In this document: one piece after another, positions 45,498 through 54,816 of the stretch
Position numbering within the stretch: position 1 is the stretch's first letter
How the letters are laid out: the number at the start of each line of letters is the position of its first letter
Assembly: GCA_964386575.1 (NCBI GenBank)
Contig: CAYLSA010000002.1
Coordinates: 22,209 to 86,208, forward strand
DNA length: 64,000 nucleotides
Direction: 5' to 3'
Origin: an uncultured Oscillospiraceae bacterium
GTDB lineage: Bacteria; Bacillota; Clostridia; Oscillospirales; Oscillospiraceae
Translations under genes and position numbers: made by a program
Notes under the pieces: generated by a model
The model's input: the letters and a program-made list of their open reading frames with translations, nothing else
Told to the model about the DNA's origin: nothing
Database searches by the model: none

Positions 45498-46310
45498 TTG
45501 AACAAACAACGATTTCTGGCGGAGCTGCGGCGGCTGCTCGTTTTTATGACGGAGTCCGACCGTGCCATCGTCATGGAAAAATACACCGCCAAGTTTGACG
45601 CGGCAGGTGAGGATGGCGAGGCGGCACTGATCGAAAAGCTCGGCTCGCCCACAAAGGTGGCCATTTCGCTCTCGCGCGGCTATGTGGCCGGACAGATCAC
45701 GGCCGAGAGCAAACAGCGCGAGGCGCTGAAAAAGGCGGAAAAAACCGCCCGTGCGGCCAAGACCGTCTCCGCGGACGATTATGACCCCGGCGCCATAGAC
45801 GATGACCCCATCGCCATCATCATGCGCTCGCTGGACGAGGCGGCCGAGGACCCCGACGATGAGATCGAGGAATACGGCGCGGATGAGGATGACGACGACG
45901 AATACGACGATTACGATGAGGACGACGAATACGAGCGTCCCTATCGTCCGGCGTATCGCCGCGTGGGTGCGCCCATGCCGAAGGCCGCGGGCGTCACGGT
46001 GCTTTCGCTGATCCTGCTCATCGCGGGCGTTCCCCTCGCGGCGCTCACGCTGGGCGTGGCGCTGGTGTGGCTGCTGCCGGGTGCGGCGGGCGTGATCGCG
46101 GCGGGACTGGCCGCCATCGGTGCGCTGTGGTGTCTGGGCTATATGGCGGATGCGCTGCTGCTTCTGGCGCTGGCGTTTTTGATTCTGGCCTTGGCGCTGC
46201 TGCTGGTGTTCGGCGGCGTTTGGCTTGACGTGAAGCTGATCGGGCTGTTCGTTCGCGGCGTGCGGGCGCTTTGCGACGCGCTGCTTGGAAGAAAGGTGGC
46301 CGTGGAATGA
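45498..46310 (+). CDS. DUF1700-like membrane protein with a hyper-acidic linker
   Basis: TTG start at 45498 with GGGAGG RBS. N-terminus LNKQRFLAELRRLL...ESDRAIVMEKYTAKFD resembles DUF1700. D/E/Y-rich stretch, then about 4 TM segments. This is only the 3' third of the 822-aa track ORF 43842-46310. Confidence 0.6.
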   Translation: MNKQRFLAELRRLLVFMTESDRAIVMEKYTAKFDAAGEDGEAALIEKLGSPTKVAISLSRGYVAGQITAESKQREALKKAEKTARAAKTVSADDYDPGAIDDDPIAIIMRSLDEAAEDPDDEIEEYGADEDDDDEYDDYDEDDEYERPYRPAYRRVGAPMPKAAGVTVLSLILLIAGVPLAALTLGVALVWLLPGAAGVIAAGLAAIGALWCLGYMADALLLLALAFLILALALLLVFGGVWLDVKLIGLFVRGVRALCDALLGRKVAVE

Positions 46311-46516
46311 ATGCGATGAGAAAAGTTTGGAAGATCTTCGCGCTTTTGGCGCTGGTTTGTCTGCTTCTGGGCGTGGCGCTCACGGCGGCGGGTTTCTTCG
46401 CGGGCAGCTCGCCTGTGACCGTGATGAACCACGGATATCTGGACGAATATTTCGTGCGCCTTGAGACCAACTGGAACATCTTCCTGCGCGATCTGAGCGC
46501 GATTTTCGGCGGATAA
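46307..46516 (+). CDS. small membrane protein (69 aa), unknown function
   Basis: ATG overlaps the upstream stop (ATGA). One TM segment: WKIFALLALVCLLLGVALTAAGFFA. Confidence 0.45.
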   Translation: MNAMRKVWKIFALLALVCLLLGVALTAAGFFAGSSPVTVMNHGYLDEYFVRLETNWNIFLRDLSAIFGG

Positions 46517-46530
46517 GCGAATATTTTCTA

Positions 46531-46560
46531 CCGGCACGGGCTTTCTGTGCCGGCATTTTT
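46531..46560 (+). terminator. rho-independent terminator
   Basis: CCGGCAC-GGGCTTTCT-GTGCCGG followed by CATTTTT. Confidence 0.7.
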
Positions 46561-46612
46561 GCGTTTCGGGGCTTTTTGAATGAAAAAACGGCAAAATTTA
46601 AGCAAAAACCCC

Positions 46613-46641
46613 TTGCAATCGGGCGGCGATGGTGTTATCAT
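46613..46641 (+). promoter_or_regulatory. promoter for the ACT-hom-lysC operon
   Basis: TTGCAA - 17 nt - TATCAT. Confidence 0.5.
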
Positions 46642-46684
46642 GTTCGCACGTTATGGACATTTAACCGCCACGGAGGGACAATCT

Positions 46685-47128
46685 ATGCCGGAAAACAACA
46701 AAAAATACTATCTTGTGGAGGGCAGCGCGCTGCCGGAGGTGTTCATCCGCGTCACGCAGGCGCGCGAGCTTTTGGACACGGGACGGGCCCAAACCGTTGC
46801 GGAGGCGGCGGCCATGGCCGGCATATCCCGCAGCGCGTATTATAAATACCGCGATACCGTTTTGCCGTTTCGCGATCTCGGCCGCGGCCGCATCGTCACA
46901 TTCCAGCTTCTTTTGGAGGATGTGGCGGGGATGCTCTCGGCGGTGCTGGCGCTGTTTTCAAGCCACGGCGCGAACATCCTGACCATCAACCAGTCCATCC
47001 CCTCCAACGGCACCGCGCCCGTCACCATCACGGCGGACACGGCTTCGCTGAATGTTTCCACGGAGGCGCTGCTTTCAAGCGTTTCGGCCTTGGAGGGCAT
47101 CATCAAGGCATCGGTTCTGGCGGGGTGA
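46685..47128 (+). CDS. UPF0735-type ACT domain protein (PheB-like)
   Basis: 147 aa. KKYYLVEGSALPEVFIRV, GISRSAYYKYRDTVLPF and a C-terminal ACT fold. Confidence 0.8.
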   Translation: MPENNKKYYLVEGSALPEVFIRVTQARELLDTGRAQTVAEAAAMAGISRSAYYKYRDTVLPFRDLGRGRIVTFQLLLEDVAGMLSAVLALFSSHGANILTINQSIPSNGTAPVTITADTASLNVSTEALLSSVSALEGIIKASVLAG

Positions 47129-48312
47129 GGCAGATGGAGAAAAAGAGATTTGCGGTTTTGGGCTATGGCACGGTGGGCAAGGCCGTTTGCCGCGTTTGGA
47201 GCGAGCTTTCGGACGCACCCTTGGCGCAGGGGCCGATCCTGGTGCGCCGGGCGCATGAGCCGGATGAATTTTCCGCGTTTATGACGGACGATTTCGCCGC
47301 CATCGAGGCCGATCCGAGCGTGGCCGTCGTGGCGGAGGTCATGGGCGGCACGGACGCGGCGTGGGAGTATTCCCGTCGGGCGCTGCTGGCCGGAAAAAGC
47401 GTGGTTTCGTCGAACAAGGCGCTCGCCGCCGAGCGCGGAGCCGAGCTTTGTGCGCTGGCGCATCGGATGGGCGTGAGTTATCGCTTCGAGGCAGCCGTTT
47501 GCGGCGGTATCCCGCTGCTCGCCCCGCTCACGGAATCGCTTGCATCCAACCGCGTGGACGAGCTGTGCGGCATTTTTAACGGCACCACGAACTATATCCT
47601 CACGGCCATGGAACGCGAGGGTGTTTCCTATGCCGAGGCCCTCTCCCGCGCGCAGGCGCTGGGCTATGCCGAGGCCGACCCCACCGCCGATGTGCAGGGG
47701 CATGACGCCGGACGCAAAACGGCGCTGCTCGGCTCGCTGGCGTTCGGAAGGCGCGTGCGCTTTGAAGATATGTCGGTTTCCGGCATCACGGAGATCACGC
47801 CGGCGGATCTGGAGCTGGCGGACGCGCTGGGCTACGGCGTGAAGCTGCTGGGCCGCACGGGACGCGGCGCGGCGGGGATCTATGCCTTTGTTGAGCCGCA
47901 TCTGGTGCCGAAGGGCGCGATGCTCGGCGCGGTGAGCGGCGTGATGAATGCCTGCGTCATTCAGGCCAGTGCCGCCGGAGAACTGATGTTCTATGGCCCC
48001 GGCGCGGGCGGACGAGCCACGGCCAGCGCCGTTTGCGCGGATATTCTGGCCGCCGCGCGGCATCCGGGCGACTGCATGGAACTTTCGGGCGAGGACGCGG
48101 CGCTGCTGCCGCCGGAGACGATCGAGTCGCGCTGGTATGTGCGTGCCGAGGCGCAGCCGGATGTGCTTTTGGCGGCCTTTCCCGAGGCCGAGCCGGTCTA
48201 TGGCTCCAGCGGCGCGTGCGCGTTTATCACGGGGCCGTGTTTGCCCTCGGCGCTGGCGGCGGGACTTGAGGCTGTGAAGGGCGCGGTCGCGTGGCGCGTT
48301 TGGCAGCCGTGA
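47125..48312 (+). CDS. hom: homoserine dehydrogenase
   Basis: NAD-binding FAVLGYGTVGKAV, catalytic-domain blocks GIFNGTTNYILT and ADPTADVQGHDAGRK. The start could instead be the ATG at 47134. Confidence 0.85.
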   Translation: MRQMEKKRFAVLGYGTVGKAVCRVWSELSDAPLAQGPILVRRAHEPDEFSAFMTDDFAAIEADPSVAVVAEVMGGTDAAWEYSRRALLAGKSVVSSNKALAAERGAELCALAHRMGVSYRFEAAVCGGIPLLAPLTESLASNRVDELCGIFNGTTNYILTAMEREGVSYAEALSRAQALGYAEADPTADVQGHDAGRKTALLGSLAFGRRVRFEDMSVSGITEITPADLELADALGYGVKLLGRTGRGAAGIYAFVEPHLVPKGAMLGAVSGVMNACVIQASAAGELMFYGPGAGGRATASAVCADILAAARHPGDCMELSGEDAALLPPETIESRWYVRAEAQPDVLLAAFPEAEPVYGSSGACAFITGPCLPSALAAGLEAVKGAVAWRVWQP

Positions 48313-48368
48313 ATAGAATGGAGTGGGCCGAGGGCCCATATATGAGCGAATAAGGGGAATCCATATAT

Positions 48369-49577
48369 ATGTTGATCGTACAAAAATTCGGCGGCTCCTC
48401 CGTGGCGGACACGAGCCGTATCAAAAATGTGGCCGCGATCATCGCGGAGACATACTTAGCCGGAAACGAGCTGGTGGTGGTCCTGTCCGCCCAGGGCGAC
48501 ACCACGGACGAGCTTTTGGAAAAGGCCGCGGAGCTGAACGCCTCGCCCTCGCGGCGGGAGCTGGATATGCTGCTTTCCACGGGCGAGCAGCAGTCCATCG
48601 CGCTGATGGCCATGTGTCTGGAGGCGATGGGACTGCCGGTCGTGTCGCTCACCGGATGGCAGGCCGGAATGCGAACGGACGCGGCCTATGGCGATGCGCG
48701 CATCCGACGCATCGACACGGAGCGCCTGCGGCGCGAGCTGGATATGAAGCGCATCGTGCTGGTGGCGGGCTTTCAGGGCATTACGAAATTCGACGATGTC
48801 ACAACGCTGGGCCGCGGCGGCTCCGATGCCACGGCGGTGGCGCTTGCGGCGGCGCTGCACGCCGATCGCTGCCAGATATTCACCGATGTCGAGGGCGTAT
48901 ACACCGCCGACCCGCGCAAGGTGCCGAACGCGCGCAAGCTTGAGGAGATCAGCTGCGACGAGATGCTGGAGCTGGCATCGATGGGGGCGCAGGTTTTGAT
49001 GAACCGCTCCGTGCAGCTGGCCAAGCGATACGGGGTGGAGCTGGAGGTTTTGTCCTCCACGGCGCGAAAGAGTGGAACGATAGTCAAGGAGGTCACGAAA
49101 GACATGGAAGAGATGAAGATCACCGGCATTGCCAAGGATGAAAAGGTCGCCCGCATCACGGTCGAGGGTCTGTCCGACACGCCGGGCGCGGCGTTTAAGG
49201 TGTTCGGGGCCATCGCCCGTCAGGGCGTGAACGTGGATGTTATCATTCAGGCCAACGGCCGCAACGGCCGCAACGATATGTCCTTCACCGTGGCCCAGGC
49301 GGACGCGGAAAAGGCGCGCGAGGCCGCCATGAGCAAGCAGAGCGTGCTGGGCTTTGAAAACGTGTCCATCGACCCGGATATCGCCAAGGTGAGCGTGGTG
49401 GGTGCGGGCATGATGTCCAACTCCGCCATCGCGGCGCTGGTGTTCGAGGCGCTCAACGATGAAAACATCAACATCCAGATGATCTCCACCAGCGAGATAA
49501 AGCTCTCCGTTATCCTCGCGCAGGGACAGGCCGACCGCGCCGTGGCGGCTATCCACCGCAAATTCTTCGAGAATTAA
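48369..49577 (+). CDS. lysC: aspartate kinase
   Basis: IVQKFGGSSV N-terminus, LGRGGSDATAVALA block, and two C-terminal ACT domains. Confidence 0.9.
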   Translation: MLIVQKFGGSSVADTSRIKNVAAIIAETYLAGNELVVVLSAQGDTTDELLEKAAELNASPSRRELDMLLSTGEQQSIALMAMCLEAMGLPVVSLTGWQAGMRTDAAYGDARIRRIDTERLRRELDMKRIVLVAGFQGITKFDDVTTLGRGGSDATAVALAAALHADRCQIFTDVEGVYTADPRKVPNARKLEEISCDEMLELASMGAQVLMNRSVQLAKRYGVELEVLSSTARKSGTIVKEVTKDMEEMKITGIAKDEKVARITVEGLSDTPGAAFKVFGAIARQGVNVDVIIQANGRNGRNDMSFTVAQADAEKAREAAMSKQSVLGFENVSIDPDIAKVSVVGAGMMSNSAIAALVFEALNDENINIQMISTSEIKLSVILAQGQADRAVAAIHRKFFEN

Positions 49578-49625
49578 AAATTGTAACTTTTTTAATTCTT
49601 CGACAAAATCCAACATCTTGTGCAT

Positions 49626-49667
49626 GGCATCCCAGACCGACACAATCGGCTGGGATGCCTGATTTTT
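49626..49667 (+). terminator. rho-independent terminator after lysC
   Basis: GGCATCCCAG...CTGGGATGCC (10-bp stem) followed by TGATTTTT. Confidence 0.8.
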
Positions 49668-49765
49668 CAAGGAAAATTTGTAGTTGACAAGATTTGCATA
49701 CTGTGTTACTTTGTTTCTATATCGTAACCGAATTGTAACTTTTATCACGCGCGAGGTGTCATATC

Positions 49766-52189
49766 ATGAGTCAATCCACCACCCTGTTCTCCGCGCTCAC
49801 GGCGGCCCAGCTTGCCGCGATGAACGCCGAGCAGATCGTGAAAATGGGGCGCGAACTCGTCTCCCAACTGGACAGTTGTCCGGAGGATTTCCACGGCAAC
49901 ATCTGGCCCGGCAGTATTCATTTTAATGAGGACGGAAAGGCTGTTTTGTGCTCCCGCAGCGATGCACCGGTGTCCGAGCGCACGCCCGAGCAGATCGAGT
50001 ATATGGCGCCGGAGGCGTTTTGGGAAAACCGCTTCAGCCGCAGCGCCGATCTTTACAGCATCGCCCTTGTGATGTACACCGCCTACAACGGCGGTCATTT
50101 GCCGTTTATCACCTCGTCGGAACCGACGGATGTGGAACGTGCCCAAGCCCTGCGCACGCGCATGAAGGGCGGCGAGATCGTTCCGCCGGCGGGCGCGAGC
50201 GAGGCCGTGGCCGCGATCTTGCGCCGCGCACTCTGCTACAGTCCCGATGAGCGCTATCTCACGCCGCAGGCCATGCTGCACGATCTGGGCGAGACGGATG
50301 AGTCGCTGCCCTCCGAAGCGCCGGACGATGAGCAGGCGGCCGATCCCGAAGCGGCGGCGGCTGCGGCGGCGACCGGCATGGCCGGCGTGTCCGTGGTGGC
50401 AGAGCTGGCGGCCATTCCGAAGGAGAGCGTGCGCCCCGTGGAGGCGGAGGCGGGCGTGAGCGCAAGCAGCATTTTGCTGGAAAAAGAACTGCATGATCTG
50501 GATGAGCCCGCGGCCAAGAGCGCAAAGCCTGCATCGGAACCGCTGCGCGAGATCTTCACCGAAGCGGCAGAGCCGGAACCGGCAGCGCCCGAGGTGCAGG
50601 CCGAGCCCGAGGCGGAAACGCCGGTGATGGAGGAGCCCGCGGCGGAGGAAGCGCCGCAGGCCGAGCCCGTGGCGGAAGAACCCAAGCCCGCCAAAAAGCC
50701 GCAGCCCGAGAAAAAGTCGCAACCGGTATCGCAGATGGGCGGCAAAAAGAAGAAAAAGAACAAGACCGCGCCCAAGCCGGTCGAGGGCATCGTGGACATC
50801 CCCGCCGCGCCGGTCGAGACAAAGCCCGCTGAGGAAATAAAGCCCCTTGAGCCGAAGGCGCCGGAGAAAAAGCCGGTGTCTACGGCCAAAACAACCCCCA
50901 AGGCAACACCCAAGAGCGCACCTAAGAAGCAATACACCGTTCAAAAGGACATCGACCGCCGTCAGGAGGCGGCCGTGCGCCGCAAAAACCGCAGCGGTGC
51001 GGCCATCGCTATCGGCGTTGGCGTGGTGGTCATCGCAGGATTGATCACCGTGGCGGCGTATTCGCTGGGCGCATTCGAAAAGGAAGCGCCCGTGGCGCTC
51101 GTGACGGCATCTCCGGCCGCCGAGGCTACAGCGCAGCCCACCGAAGCGCCTACGCCTGTGCCCGAACAACCCAGCTATCGCTTCACGGCCACGGCCGTCG
51201 GCTTTGACTGGGATGAGCTGAAAAATGTCGGACTGGCTGTGCTGGAAAGCGAGGAGGCGTTTGATGCGGCCGTGGCCGCGGCCGAGAAGGCCGGACTTGA
51301 AAACGCATGGCTTGGCGCGCGCTATCTCGAAGCGGACGATGCACCGAACGGCGAGGCCGGCTGGTACTGGCTGGACGGCACGCAGCTTCCCGAAAACAGC
51401 GCCTTCTGGGCCGAGGGCGAGCCTTCGGCATCGGCCGGCGGACGGTTGATGATGCGCCGCGCGCCGGATAAGAGCTGGCGGTTTTATTCCGTGACGCGCG
51501 AGCAATTTGACGATAGCGAGTTCGAACGGCTCGGCTGCATCACGGACGGCAGCGGCATGGCGGCCATCCCCAGCCCGACACCCGAACCCACGGCGGAGCC
51601 CACGCCCGAGCCCACGGAAGAGCCGAGCGGCAACGCCAATTCCTACACCTACTATGCGCCGGTATCGGCGGCCACGGCGGCCCCGACCAGCGTTCCCACG
51701 ACCGTTCCGACCGCGGTGCCTACTGCAGCGCCGACGGCCGTACCCACCGCCGTGCCCACGGCGGAGCCCACGCCCACGCCCGCGACAGAGAAATATAGTG
51801 TGGCCAGCAAGGGCAAATCGTGGACGGATGCCAACGCGGCCGGCTCGATGGCGATCGTGAGCAGCGCCGAGGACTTCACGGCCATCACGCAATTCCTTAA
51901 TGACTACAACACTACGCATACGGATGCGCCGGTGAAGAATGTGTGGCTCGGGGCCGAATACAAGGCGGCCGAGGGCGAGAAGGTTGCCGGTTGGTACTGG
52001 TCGAATGGCGCGGTGCTTTCGACGAGTGACTCTAACTGGGCCGCCGGTGAAGCTTCCAAGACCGCGGGCTGCAAGCTGATGCTGCGTCTGGTGGACGGCA
52101 CGTGGAAGTACTACGCCGTGACGGATGCGGAGTTTACCGCTGACAGCACGACCTATGCCAACACCGCCGCGCTCGCACCCAAGAGCTGA
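49766..52189 (+). CDS. single-pass membrane protein: N-terminal truncated pseudokinase (C-lobe only), long P/E/A/K-rich linker, TM helix, two C-type-lectin-like extracytoplasmic repeats
   Basis: HGNIWPGSI in place of HRDxKPxN, and CSRS in place of DFG, but YMAPE, ADLYSIALVMY and SPDERY are retained. TM segment AAIAIGVGVVVIAGLITVAAYSL. Repeats carry WLGA...GWYW(L/S)(D/N)G...(F/N)WA(E/A)GE(P/A)S. Confidence 0.7.
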   Translation: MSQSTTLFSALTAAQLAAMNAEQIVKMGRELVSQLDSCPEDFHGNIWPGSIHFNEDGKAVLCSRSDAPVSERTPEQIEYMAPEAFWENRFSRSADLYSIALVMYTAYNGGHLPFITSSEPTDVERAQALRTRMKGGEIVPPAGASEAVAAILRRALCYSPDERYLTPQAMLHDLGETDESLPSEAPDDEQAADPEAAAAAAATGMAGVSVVAELAAIPKESVRPVEAEAGVSASSILLEKELHDLDEPAAKSAKPASEPLREIFTEAAEPEPAAPEVQAEPEAETPVMEEPAAEEAPQAEPVAEEPKPAKKPQPEKKSQPVSQMGGKKKKKNKTAPKPVEGIVDIPAAPVETKPAEEIKPLEPKAPEKKPVSTAKTTPKATPKSAPKKQYTVQKDIDRRQEAAVRRKNRSGAAIAIGVGVVVIAGLITVAAYSLGAFEKEAPVALVTASPAAEATAQPTEAPTPVPEQPSYRFTATAVGFDWDELKNVGLAVLESEEAFDAAVAAAEKAGLENAWLGARYLEADDAPNGEAGWYWLDGTQLPENSAFWAEGEPSASAGGRLMMRRAPDKSWRFYSVTREQFDDSEFERLGCITDGSGMAAIPSPTPEPTAEPTPEPTEEPSGNANSYTYYAPVSAATAAPTSVPTTVPTAVPTAAPTAVPTAVPTAEPTPTPATEKYSVASKGKSWTDANAAGSMAIVSSAEDFTAITQFLNDYNTTHTDAPVKNVWLGAEYKAAEGEKVAGWYWSNGAVLSTSDSNWAAGEASKTAGCKLMLRLVDGTWKYYAVTDAEFTADSTTYANTAALAPKS

Positions 52190-52205
52190 GCAATGAAAAA
52201 ATCAA

Positions 52206-52236
52206 CAGGCGCCGAAACTCTCGGCGCCTGTGTTTT
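52206..52236 (+). terminator. rho-independent terminator
   Basis: CAGGCGCCGA-AACTC-TCGGCGCCTG followed by TGTTTT. Confidence 0.75.
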
Positions 52237-52347
52237 GCCCGTAAAGAATTTTTCCGCTTTTGTTCATGCATTTGTCACAAGTGTGAGATACTATAAGCAT
52301 GACGGCATCGGAGAGCGATGCCAGTATGAAAGCAGGGAGGCAGCATT

Positions 52348-53832
52348 ATGAACGAAATGAACGAAAACAAGATGCCGGATCCCGAACAGGACTCTACCGG
52401 CTATTTCCGCCCGGAGGAAAAGCGCGAGGATTACAGCGATGCGGCTTTTTCGCCCGTGAGCGAGGAAAACGCGGGCTATGTTTACAGCCCCGGCCATAGT
52501 TGCTCGGCCGTGGGGATGCCCGAAACGAAGGAAAAAAAGCGTATGTCCGTGGGGGCGATCGTGGCGATCTGCGTGGTTTGCGCGCTGGTGGCCTGCGCGC
52601 TCGGCGTGGGCGGTACGCTTCTGATGACCCGCCAGGACGACAGCGCCGTGCTTCCCACGGTGGTCGAGGAGCAAGAGGACAGCGTCAAGCAAAACACGGT
52701 AAAGCCCGTGCTTGTCACCAGTTCCACGCTCGACTCCAGCGTGATGTCCGCCGAGGACATTTACGAAATGGCCTGCGAGCAGGTCGTCGGCGTGACCACG
52801 GAGATCACAGCCTATAACATCTTCGGCCAGCAGGTCAGCGGCGTGGTTTCCGGCACCGGCTTCATCATCACGGACGACGGCTACATCCTCACAAACTACC
52901 ACGTCATCGAAGAAGCCTACGAAGGCGGCTATGACATCGCCGTGCTCACGCACGACGGCACGGAATACGCCGCAGAGGTCGTGGGTGTGGAAAGCGAGAA
53001 CGATCTGGCGGTTCTGAAGATCGACGCGGTGGGCCTTAACGCCGTGACGCTCGGCGACTCCAACGAGATGAAGGTCGGCCAGACCATCTATACTGTCGGC
53101 AATCCGCTCGGCGAGCTGGATTACACCATGACCACCGGCATCGTGTCCGCCATGGACCGCAGCATCCGCACCGACTCGAACACCTCCGTGAATATGTTCC
53201 AGATCGACGCGGCGGTCAACTCCGGCAACTCCGGCGGCCCGATCTATAACGTTTACGGCCAGGTCATCGGCATCGTAACGGCCAAATACAGTTCCACCGG
53301 CGTGGAGGGCCTTGGCTTCGGCATCCCCATTTCCGATGCGCACTACATCGCCAATGAGCTCATCACGAACGGCTATGTGTCCGGCAAGGCCTATATGGGC
53401 ATCACGGTCGGTACCGTGTCGTCCAGCGCGGCGCGGTATTATAACATGGTCGAGGGCGCGATGGTCCAGAGCGTGACCGAGGGCGGCTGCGCCGAGGCGG
53501 CCGGCTTGCAGCCCGGCGACATCATCACCGCCGTTGGCGAGACCGAGATCACCAGCCAAAGCGAACTGATCTCCGCCATCCGCAAGTATCACGCCGGCGA
53601 CACTGCGCAGCTCACGGTGTTCCGTGCGCAGGAATATCTGACCTTCACCATCACCTTCGACGAGGCGCTGCCCGAGGAGGAAACGACCGAGGAGAACGGC
53701 GCTGTGCAGGACGAGGACGGCAACTACTCCGCCTCCGGCGAGATGGGCCCCGGCCGGTATTACGAATACCACGGCAACGTCGATCCCGGCGATCTGGAGG
53801 ACTTCTTCGGCAGTTTCTTCGGCCGCGGCTGA
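52348..53832 (+). CDS. htrA: membrane-anchored HtrA/DegP-family serine protease with PDZ domain
   Basis: TM anchor. Catalytic triad contexts TNYHVI, DLAVLKI and GNSGGP. C-terminal PDZ domain (GLQPGDIITAVG). Confidence 0.85.
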   Translation: MNEMNENKMPDPEQDSTGYFRPEEKREDYSDAAFSPVSEENAGYVYSPGHSCSAVGMPETKEKKRMSVGAIVAICVVCALVACALGVGGTLLMTRQDDSAVLPTVVEEQEDSVKQNTVKPVLVTSSTLDSSVMSAEDIYEMACEQVVGVTTEITAYNIFGQQVSGVVSGTGFIITDDGYILTNYHVIEEAYEGGYDIAVLTHDGTEYAAEVVGVESENDLAVLKIDAVGLNAVTLGDSNEMKVGQTIYTVGNPLGELDYTMTTGIVSAMDRSIRTDSNTSVNMFQIDAAVNSGNSGGPIYNVYGQVIGIVTAKYSSTGVEGLGFGIPISDAHYIANELITNGYVSGKAYMGITVGTVSSSAARYYNMVEGAMVQSVTEGGCAEAAGLQPGDIITAVGETEITSQSELISAIRKYHAGDTAQLTVFRAQEYLTFTITFDEALPEEETTEENGAVQDEDGNYSASGEMGPGRYYEYHGNVDPGDLEDFFGSFFGRG

Positions 53833-53843
53833 CAAAACGATAT

Positions 53844-53888
53844 AAAAACAGGGTGCGTTGGAGCCGTTCCAACGCACCCTGTCTTTTT
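53844..53888. terminator. bidirectional terminator between htrA and the SDR gene
   Basis: 13-bp stem CAGGGTGCGTTGG / CCAACGCACCCTG with an A-run and a T-run. Confidence 0.8.
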
Positions 53889-53896
53889 ATCCGATT

Positions 53897-54676
53897 TTAA
53901 TATCCCACGATGGAGGCGCCGCCGTCGACCACGATGGTCTGGCCGGTGGTATTCGCGGACCAGTCCGAGCAAAGGAACAGCGCGGACGAGGCGATCTCGT
54001 AAGGCGTGTTCATCACGCGGCCCGTGGGCACATAGTTCATGATGGGAGGCGGATTGCCGCCGGGGCCCTCATGCGGCGTGGTCACGCCGGTGTCAAAGCT
54101 GGCCGTGCCGCCGGGAGCCACGGCATTGACGCGCACGCCCAGATGGCCCCATTCGCTGGCCGCCTGCATCGAAAGCGCGACCACCGCGCCCTTCGAGGCG
54201 CTGTATGCCGCCGAGCACATCGGGGGAACCATGCCGCGGATGCCGGCCATGGAGGCGATGTTCAAGATCGCGCCGCCCTGCTGTTTCATGGACTGCTTGA
54301 CGACCTGTTGCATCATGAAGAAGCAGCCGCGTGCGTTGGTGGCGAACACGCGGTCGAAATCTTCGGCGCTCAGTTCCAGCGCGTCGCCGCCGGTCATCAC
54401 GCCGGCCGCCTGGATCAAAACGGCGATCTCGCCCAGCTCCGCGCGGATGCGCTCGACCACGGGGGCGATGGCATCGGGCTGGGAAACATCCAGCGCGTAG
54501 GGATGCACGTCGCCGGAATCGGCGAGCATGGCGGCGGCTTTTTCGATCTTTTCGGCGCTGCGGCCGATCATGGCCACGGTGGCGCCGGACTGGGCCAGAA
54601 GGTCGGCACAGGCAAAGCCGATGCCGCTGCCCGCGCCGGTCACAACGGCAACTTTGCCGGTGAAATCAATGAGCAT
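53897..54676 (-). CDS. SDR family oxidoreductase
   Basis: TGAGSGIG cofactor motif, NIAS, and the YSASK catalytic motif. Confidence 0.85.
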   Translation of the reverse strand: MLIDFTGKVAVVTGAGSGIGFACADLLAQSGATVAMIGRSAEKIEKAAAMLADSGDVHPYALDVSQPDAIAPVVERIRAELGEIAVLIQAAGVMTGGDALELSAEDFDRVFATNARGCFFMMQQVVKQSMKQQGGAILNIASMAGIRGMVPPMCSAAYSASKGAVVALSMQAASEWGHLGVRVNAVAPGGTASFDTGVTTPHEGPGGNPPPIMNYVPTGRVMNTPYEIASSALFLCSDWSANTTGQTIVVDGGASIVGY

Positions 54677-54816
54677 ATGGATATCCTCCTCTGTTTTTGT
54701 TTCCTGGGTTTATTTTACCGCAAACAGGGTCTGTGCGCAAGACTTCCTTTGCCGCGCGGGCTTTACAGCGCGGACGGATTTGATTATAATAAGAAGCAGA
54801 ACAGGAGGCGAAAAAC

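Noticed and set aside
43842-46310. 822-aa plus-strand track ORF spanning the proS region.
   Set aside because: Its first two-thirds is the antisense shadow of proS. Only the last 270 codons form a plausible gene: TTG at 45498 with a GGGAGG RBS, its own promoter, and a DUF1700-like N-terminus.
49579-49743. 13-nt direct repeat AATTGTAACTTTT at 49579-49591 and 49731-49743, and an AT-rich palindrome spanning the lysC stop codon (49571-49598).
   Set aside because: Short AT-rich matches in an AT-rich intergenic region could be chance. There is no third copy or associated motif, so this is insufficient to call an operator.
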